Shown here: positions 58,238-64,000 of the stretch, one piece after another
Numbering within the stretch: the first letter of the stretch is position 1
How the letters are laid out: each line of letters opens with the position of its first letter
DNA from: an uncultured virus (IMG/VR IMGVR_UViG_3300025010_000044)
Lineage: Duplodnaviria > Heunggongvirae > Uroviricota > Caudoviricetes
Length of the DNA: 64,000 bases
Virus record (IMG/VR): IMGVR_UViG_3300025010_000044
Reading direction: 5' to 3' (one strand)
Position numbers and translations under genes: made by a program
The notes under the pieces: model-generated
Seen by the model: the letters and a program-made list of their open reading frames with translations, nothing else
What the model was told of the DNA's origin: nothing
The model's database searches: none

Positions 58238-61200
58238 TAATCACACTTTTTGGAAAATCGATAAAAATTGGTAACAACCCCAACCAGATAGATATGTTTG
58301 CCGGAGCGGAAAAGGAATTTGCGCCGGGGGATAAGCGAAGACTTGAAATTACAAACGGCGGAAAGTTGCGTTGGAAGAACGCGGATGAGGAAGCAAGTGG
58401 AAAGGGGCAAGTGCAAGGTGAAAAGAAAACAACTCTGAACAATCAAAACGTTAGAGAGAACAAAGGTTTATTTAAGGAAGCGTATGAACAAACACAAGAT
58501 GAATATGCACAAAAGATGTTCAGAGGACCAATAGCTGAAGTTAAAAAATTTAAAGACCCGAATGATTTGGAGGATATTGCAATTTCTAACGAACAGCACA
58601 AAGTTATTATTAAAAATGCCATTCGAGAGGGGAAAGAGATACCGGATGCAGTAATTGAACCTTATAAAAATTCGCATTGGGCGAAGGAATATTTGAGTAA
58701 AAAAGTTGATTACTCACAAGAGCTTATAAATACCGTGCAAATAAGTAAGACGTATGATATTTTCTTTACAAATGTTATGCTTCATAAGTTTCCTAATGAG
58801 TTTCTTAAAACTGAGTTGAAATTGGGTGACGACCGAGCGCAGAACGAAAAGAAACTGAAGGACTATTATAACAAACAAAGAGCGGCGTATAAAGAAGGAC
58901 GTAAAAAAGATAAAGAAGAAACGGATAGGGCAATAGCTGAATTTCATGTAGATGAAATAGAGAGAATTGCGCTTCACCAAAATGCAGAATATGAAAAAAA
59001 AATAGCTGATCGATCAAGTATCGAAACAGTAAAGAATCCGGTTCAGAGCGAGCCGGATTTGGTTACTAAACAACCTTGGGAATTTACTAAAACAGAATAC
59101 AATAAAATATTTCAGCCATTATGGGATGAAGTTAAAAATACAAAAGGGATGGATTTTTCTAATATAGTAAAGATGAAGGACGATATTGAAAAAATATATG
59201 GGAGAAATTTCACATCAAACCAGAACCACAAGGGACACGTTCAGCAAGCAATAAAAGAAGGCAAACCCGTGCCGCCGGAAGTGTTGAGGGATTATCCGGA
59301 GTTGGGAAAGGAAACTTCACTTATAAGTGAATTACCTTTCACTGCATCTTTAAAAAAAGATTTAGAAAGTTATGGCGAAAAGACAAAAAATATTTTAGTC
59401 GAAGGGACATATCAACCATTTGCTGATTGGTTTAAGAAACAATATCCTGAACAAGAATTTAAAATCGGGAAATATCAAGACGGAGAGCCGTTTATTTCTG
59501 TAAAAGGAGGTGGGGAGATTAGATATTCAGCTTATCAGAAAGCCAATTCTGAAAACGAGATAAAACTATCAAAGTTGAAAAAACGTAAGGAAGGTCTTGA
59601 GGACAGACTTTATTCAGAGAAGCTTAAAAATCACAAGAAGGTTTCCAATATTGGGTTTGGCACAAATATGAGAGGATATCATAAAACGAAACAATTAAGT
59701 TTTAGAAGGGAAGATGAATTGCAGCAAAAAATAAAAGAGATTAACGAAGAAATAAAAGATTTATTGCCAAAAGATATCAGCGATTCAAATAAAAGCATCT
59801 TCAAAAATTTATTCAAAGCCTTTGGTAAGCAGATATCAATGTTTGGAGCGCAGCCATATCAAAAGGAAGGGCAGACGAAAGAAGGACGCGGAGGCACGTT
59901 AAGGCTAACACGGGATAAGTCCGGCAAGGGTGCGCATTGGAAATTGGCGAGCAAGGATCAATCGGCAGTAGGCAGTGGACAATCGGCAGTCAGCAGTCAG
60001 CAGTCGGCAGAAGGAAAGCAAAGCGGAGGGAAGATAATAGCTCCGGCCAATGCATTTGAGTTATTGCAGAATAAAATTGGCAATAGTGTATTGCTAAAGG
60101 ATAACGAAGGGAATTTGTTAGGTGAGGGAGCGTTACAGCTTGTGAATGAGAACAGTGAAGGTAATTATTCTTTGTTCTTAAAAGAGGCAAATGGGTTTGA
60201 TTCGCTTGTATCTATACCAAAGAACCAGGCAGTTGTACAAACGGAAGATGGGATAAGTTTTAAGTTTGCCGATAGGAATATTTTAATATCGACGAAAGAG
60301 AAAAGCAAAATACCCAACAAACCGGTAGAGATGGAAAAAGCGGAAGAGAACGCCAAACATGCACGAAACTTAGAGAAGATGCGGAATTTTAACGAATGGC
60401 AGAAAAAAGCCGATAGTTACGAAAGGTTGGCAAACGGGCAAAAGGATTGGTTTTTCGGTGATATTGAAAATGCAGCAGAAGCCGAAGGAATAGATTTTAG
60501 CGTAAGAGATAGGATAATTAAAAAATCAGATGTAATGTTTAAGGAAATAAAAAGAAACGCTACAAAGGATGATAAGCCGGAAATTTACTCGGCATTAATT
60601 GGCGCGGTTGAGGTAAAAAGTACTGCTAAGGCAAAGGCGGTAATTGCTCAATTGAAAAAGAAGGGATATGAAATAGATAGTAACGGGCTGGATAATATAA
60701 AGGGTAAAGAAAATTTCTTTACAAGGGTAACGATAAGCAAGGGTGAAAACGATCCTTTGCTTAAGGAGTTGCAGTTTGCAACCGGCGAGTACGCCAAAGC
60801 ATTTGATGAGTGCGCGAAGAAACCAAATCCGTTAAGAGAAACGGAAATGAGTTTAGGGTTAAAGATAGAAGCGGAAGCGGTGCCGGAGTTTAACACGATT
60901 AAGAAACAACTGTTTAACAAAGCCGGAGAAGGTTTGGGGCAAATGTGGGTTACGGGCGGTTTGCCGGGCAGCGGAAAGAGCACAACGCTTGGAGGAGAGT
61001 TTTATAAAAATAAAGTTTTGATAGATCCCGACAGCATAAAATATATGTTAGCTGAGGAGAGGGGAATATCTAAAATTGATGTTGACTTAAAGCCTTGGGA
61101 ATTGCATGAGGAAAGTTCAAATATTGCAAAGCATTTGGTCCGTGAGGCTATACGCGAAAAGAAAGATGTAATTTATGACGTTACGATGAAGGGAACGGAG

Positions 61201-61956
61201 AATTTAAACGATCTTCTTTACATGGTTAACAGCGATACTTTTCAAGCGAACGCTGCATTTATTCATTTACCGATTGAGAAGGGAATTGAGCGAGACAAAG
61301 CAAGAGGGGAAAGCGGCGGCAGAAGCATAGGCGCTGATCTGTATAAGAAATTGTTTGGTGATTATCCCACACACAAGGCATTTTTTCAACTGAAGGATAA
61401 CTTTGATAATTTTAGTGTTTACGATAACAGCGCACCATTAGGGCAAGGGGCAAAATTATTTTATATAAAAAATGACGGGCAAGAAAAAATACTGCACCCG
61501 GAACTTCACGAAGAATTTAAGAAATTTGGTTTGAAGCAAATGGGGAAATCCTTATATTTAAAATATCAAAGGAGAAAATTATTGAAAGCCCTCGAAACAG
61601 AACCCCAACCAGCCGAAAGCGGAAATACGCAAGAGTTACCAACAAGCGAAAAGTTAAAGTTAATGCTTGGATTTAAGGAACAAGGAATAGACAGAGAGAT
61701 TGATCCGGAACAAGATTTTTTTGCTTTAGGTATGCTGAAGATGCACGGATTGATTGATGAGAATATGAACCTAACACCGGGAGGAGAACAGAAATATCAA
61801 TTTCAATTCGGCAGTAAGTTTAGCAACCTTTCCGGTGAAGAAAACGACATTGAACAGGTTGTGAACCCGACAAAGAATATTGTGGAAGAAAAGACAGAGA
61901 AGAAACCGGCAATAAAAGCATTTGGAAAAGAATTTAATAAAAAGAAATCCGAGTAA
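58234..61956 (+). CDS. Polyvalent protein with C-terminal zeta-toxin-like P-loop kinase
   Basis: GGLPGSGKST, IDPDSIK, HEESS, YDVT, R..SGGR, YDNS. Confidence 0.75.
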   Translation: MIITLFGKSIKIGNNPNQIDMFAGAEKEFAPGDKRRLEITNGGKLRWKNADEEASGKGQVQGEKKTTLNNQNVRENKGLFKEAYEQTQDEYAQKMFRGPIAEVKKFKDPNDLEDIAISNEQHKVIIKNAIREGKEIPDAVIEPYKNSHWAKEYLSKKVDYSQELINTVQISKTYDIFFTNVMLHKFPNEFLKTELKLGDDRAQNEKKLKDYYNKQRAAYKEGRKKDKEETDRAIAEFHVDEIERIALHQNAEYEKKIADRSSIETVKNPVQSEPDLVTKQPWEFTKTEYNKIFQPLWDEVKNTKGMDFSNIVKMKDDIEKIYGRNFTSNQNHKGHVQQAIKEGKPVPPEVLRDYPELGKETSLISELPFTASLKKDLESYGEKTKNILVEGTYQPFADWFKKQYPEQEFKIGKYQDGEPFISVKGGGEIRYSAYQKANSENEIKLSKLKKRKEGLEDRLYSEKLKNHKKVSNIGFGTNMRGYHKTKQLSFRREDELQQKIKEINEEIKDLLPKDISDSNKSIFKNLFKAFGKQISMFGAQPYQKEGQTKEGRGGTLRLTRDKSGKGAHWKLASKDQSAVGSGQSAVSSQQSAEGKQSGGKIIAPANAFELLQNKIGNSVLLKDNEGNLLGEGALQLVNENSEGNYSLFLKEANGFDSLVSIPKNQAVVQTEDGISFKFADRNILISTKEKSKIPNKPVEMEKAEENAKHARNLEKMRNFNEWQKKADSYERLANGQKDWFFGDIENAAEAEGIDFSVRDRIIKKSDVMFKEIKRNATKDDKPEIYSALIGAVEVKSTAKAKAVIAQLKKKGYEIDSNGLDNIKGKENFFTRVTISKGENDPLLKELQFATGEYAKAFDECAKKPNPLRETEMSLGLKIEAEAVPEFNTIKKQLFNKAGEGLGQMWVTGGLPGSGKSTTLGGEFYKNKVLIDPDSIKYMLAEERGISKIDVDLKPWELHEESSNIAKHLVREAIREKKDVIYDVTMKGTENLNDLLYMVNSDTFQANAAFIHLPIEKGIERDKARGESGGRSIGADLYKKLFGDYPTHKAFFQLKDNFDNFSVYDNSAPLGQGAKLFYIKNDGQEKILHPELHEEFKKFGLKQMGKSLYLKYQRRKLLKALETEPQPAESGNTQELPTSEKLKLMLGFKEQGIDREIDPEQDFFALGMLKMHGLIDENMNLTPGGEQKYQFQFGSKFSNLSGEENDIEQVVNPTKNIVEEKTEKKPAIKAFGKEFNKKKSE

Positions 61957-62014
61957 TACAGGACGAGAAACTTAATATAAGAGTTAACTTATAAGTTAAG
62001 TTTAAAGAAACAGC

Positions 62015-63064
62015 ATGAGTTACCAAATTGTTTACGACATCGATTACAGCAAGATATATGAACTGATAAACCACATTGAACAGCAATTAGGCAAGGAAGC
62101 GGAATTGCCGCAAGCAGTTGAAGCCGCGGGAGATTTGGCAACACAGACGTGGTTAAACGTTGCGGCAAGTAAGTTCAAACATTCGCAAGGGGGATATGCA
62201 AACGGAATTGTTTCAGGAGCGAAATATCCTTACCAGAGTGATAGACTTCATTACAAGATCATTCACACCAGCCCACATGCAAAAGCCCTGGAAGAAGGTT
62301 ATGAAAGTTTTGACATGAAGAAAGCTCTTGATACTTCGCCAAAAGTAAGGATAGGAAAAGACGGTAAAAAATATTTGGTTATTCCTTTTCAGCACGGCAC
62401 ACCGGGGACAACAAGTATGAGAGCGATGCCTAAAGAAGTTTACGACAAAGCGCCGGTTTACCAGCGTGAAGTAATTATGGGAAAGGTAAAATATTCTTTG
62501 GATGAGACAAGAACCGGTGCAAAGAATATGAGGCATTCCGTAGCTGTTAAAATGTTTAGCGAGGGAAGCATAAAGGGAGCGCGGGACCAAGCCGATGCAG
62601 AATTGATGAGGAGAAATAATCCCGAACGTGTACAGCGAACAATGTACGCATGGGGAGATAAAATTAAGAATACCGAACAACCATTGCTTAGATCGGAGCC
62701 AAAGGAATATACTATCTCCGATAAAACTACAGGCGAAAAGTTTAAGGTAGTTTCCCCGCCGCATAAGAGCAACATCTATGAAGGCATGGTGAGATTCCAA
62801 ACCAATCCGACTGTAAACAGATTTAATTTCGGTAAGTTTATTTTTAAGCCGCACAATGAAACGGAGAACATGAGGAACTCAAGCGCATATTTTACTTTTA
62901 GAATTATGAAAGAAGGTAGTGAGGGTTGGATACATCCGGGATTAAGCGGAATGTTTATTTTAAAAGAGACGAAAGAACGGATAGAACAGCCGGTAATGAT
63001 GATGTTGGGGGAAGCGGCGAAAAAAGATTTGAGTACCACAATTTCGGCATTTAACCAAAGTTAA
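62015..63064 (+). CDS. Neck / tail-completion-like protein
   Basis: EEG..SFDMK, G.KYL.IPF.H, FR...S.GWIHPG. Confidence 0.65.
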   Translation: MSYQIVYDIDYSKIYELINHIEQQLGKEAELPQAVEAAGDLATQTWLNVAASKFKHSQGGYANGIVSGAKYPYQSDRLHYKIIHTSPHAKALEEGYESFDMKKALDTSPKVRIGKDGKKYLVIPFQHGTPGTTSMRAMPKEVYDKAPVYQREVIMGKVKYSLDETRTGAKNMRHSVAVKMFSEGSIKGARDQADAELMRRNNPERVQRTMYAWGDKIKNTEQPLLRSEPKEYTISDKTTGEKFKVVSPPHKSNIYEGMVRFQTNPTVNRFNFGKFIFKPHNETENMRNSSAYFTFRIMKEGSEGWIHPGLSGMFILKETKERIEQPVMMMLGEAAKKDLSTTISAFNQS

Positions 63065-63134
63065 AGAATTAGTAAGTTTGTACTGCTTAAATAAATACAC
63101 CCGTATTTAACGAGCTCCTTTGAATAGTTCCTGG

Positions 63135-63167
63135 AATCCCGCTGCAAAGAGCGGGATTTTTCTTTTT
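63135..63167 (+). terminator. Rho-independent terminator
   Basis: aatcccgct-gcaaag-agcgggatt followed by a T run. Confidence 0.75.
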
Positions 63168-63218
63168 AAACAGTTTGCAAAAAAAGTGAAAATAATTTAA
63201 ACTTTTTTTGAAAAAGAC

Positions 63219-63248
63219 TTGACTTTGATATACAAACGTTTGTATATT
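63219..63248 (+). promoter_or_regulatory. Sigma70-like promoter overlapped by a perfect 20-bp palindrome
   Basis: TTGACT-N18-TATATT; ATATACAAACGTTTGTATAT at 63228-63247. Confidence 0.7.
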
Positions 63249-63281
63249 GCAAGTGAAAGAAAAACAAAAAAGGAACCTCAA

Positions 63282-63803
63282 ATGAAAAGCGAAAACAAAC
63301 CCAAATTTAACCCAACGCCGGAAATGATAACTGCAACAAAAGCCCTACTTATGGCAAAAGCCTTCGTTCAAACAATTAAACCAATAGTTGACGGTTATCA
63401 AAAAGCGATATTGGAGAAACATCAGTTTACCAACAGAAGAGAAGTAGAATTGCTTACGAAACTTGGGCGTGAAGCGGAGGAAAGAGTTATTCTCGATCCG
63501 AAAGAATCCTATCAGATGAGTAAAGAAGATTTTAACACTTTTTGGAACGAGTGCAAAATAGAAAGAGAAAAAGCCGGGTTAAAAGTTAAACGTGATGATT
63601 TTTGTCCTTTGTTAGTAGCTGAAAATTTAGAGCGACAAGCGAAGAATGCTTTGTTAGAAGCTATGAGACCTCTTACAAAGATTGATCCGGATAACCTTTG
63701 GGATATGGACAACCGGAAAAAGCTAATTGAACTGAGTATAAATTTGATGGTGAGCTATTGCAGAGAAAATAACATTGATTTAAGGGAAGGAGTTATAAAA
63801 TGA
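63282..63803 (+). CDS. Hypothetical phage protein (CPLLVAE)
   Basis: AAGGA RBS before ATG 63282. Confidence 0.6.
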   Translation: MKSENKPKFNPTPEMITATKALLMAKAFVQTIKPIVDGYQKAILEKHQFTNRREVELLTKLGREAEERVILDPKESYQMSKEDFNTFWNECKIEREKAGLKVKRDDFCPLLVAENLERQAKNALLEAMRPLTKIDPDNLWDMDNRKKLIELSINLMVSYCRENNIDLREGVIK

Positions 63804-64000
63804 TTACCGTAAAATGTACATACGCAAACGGAGAAACTATCACAACTTGTATTAATGAAGACCTTGAGGGGGCTAAGGAATATTTTCTAAACAAATATTT
63901 CAACATTGGGAGCAGTGATTTTGATAATATGCAAAAATGTGTCAACGTAGAACTAATTAACCCTACAACAATAATTTACTTAGCAGATTTACCACTGCAC
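63800..64000 (+). CDS. Hypothetical protein, truncated by the window end
   Basis: AAGGAG RBS; MITVKCTYANGETITT...; open to the end of the window. Confidence 0.55.
   Translation, partial: MITVKCTYANGETITTCINEDLEGAKEYFLNKYFNIGSSDFDNMQKCVNVELINPTTIIYLADLPLH

Noticed and set aside
2867..63712. Numerous short minus-strand ORFs
   Set aside because: Phe/Ser/Leu-rich shadows of A-rich + strand genes, with no RBS or motifs.
1..64000. Diversity-generating retroelement or retron
   Set aside because: No reverse transcriptase motifs and no adenine-variant TR/VR pair were seen in the window.
1..64000. tRNA or rRNA genes
   Set aside because: No cloverleaf or rRNA-like segment was recognised by eye. The GTTCGA motifs near 1484-1500 lack tRNA context. 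tRNAscan was not run.
1..64000. Apparent excess of CCGG
   Set aside because: Visual impression only and not counted; may reflect CCG/GGA codon usage.

Overview
The window is part of a large, probably temperate tailed-phage or prophage genome, almost entirely on the + strand. From left to right it holds: a lambda-like switch (leftward CI-like repressor, divergent promoter, small early genes); ParB-like, Mre11/SbcD, SF2 helicase and Rad50/SbcC genes; a DUF4373-type replication initiator with internal iterons; SSB; terminase; three stand-alone DNA methyltransferases; and an SPO1/Twort (Herelleviridae)-like head and neck module (portal, MuF, protease-scaffold, major capsid, neck). Three very large polyvalent proteins (1834, 2175 and 1240 aa) are interleaved with the head genes. 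Highlights read directly from the DNA: (1) an integrase-less integron-type array of four cassettes at 8.9-10.4 kb, with attC-like sites inverted relative to the genes and translation starting inside the attC loops; (2) a dual-coded C5 methyltransferase with a second subunit fully nested in the +1 frame; (3) polyvalent proteins that share capsid-type xKS/xKA motifs and a common small module, suggesting protease-processed, virion-delivered polyproteins; (4) recurrent promoter-leader structures in which the 5' end pairs with a downstream hairpin loop; (5) several dispersed families of heptamer and REP-like repeats, some inside coding sequence. All product calls come from motif recognition only. 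No database searches were run.
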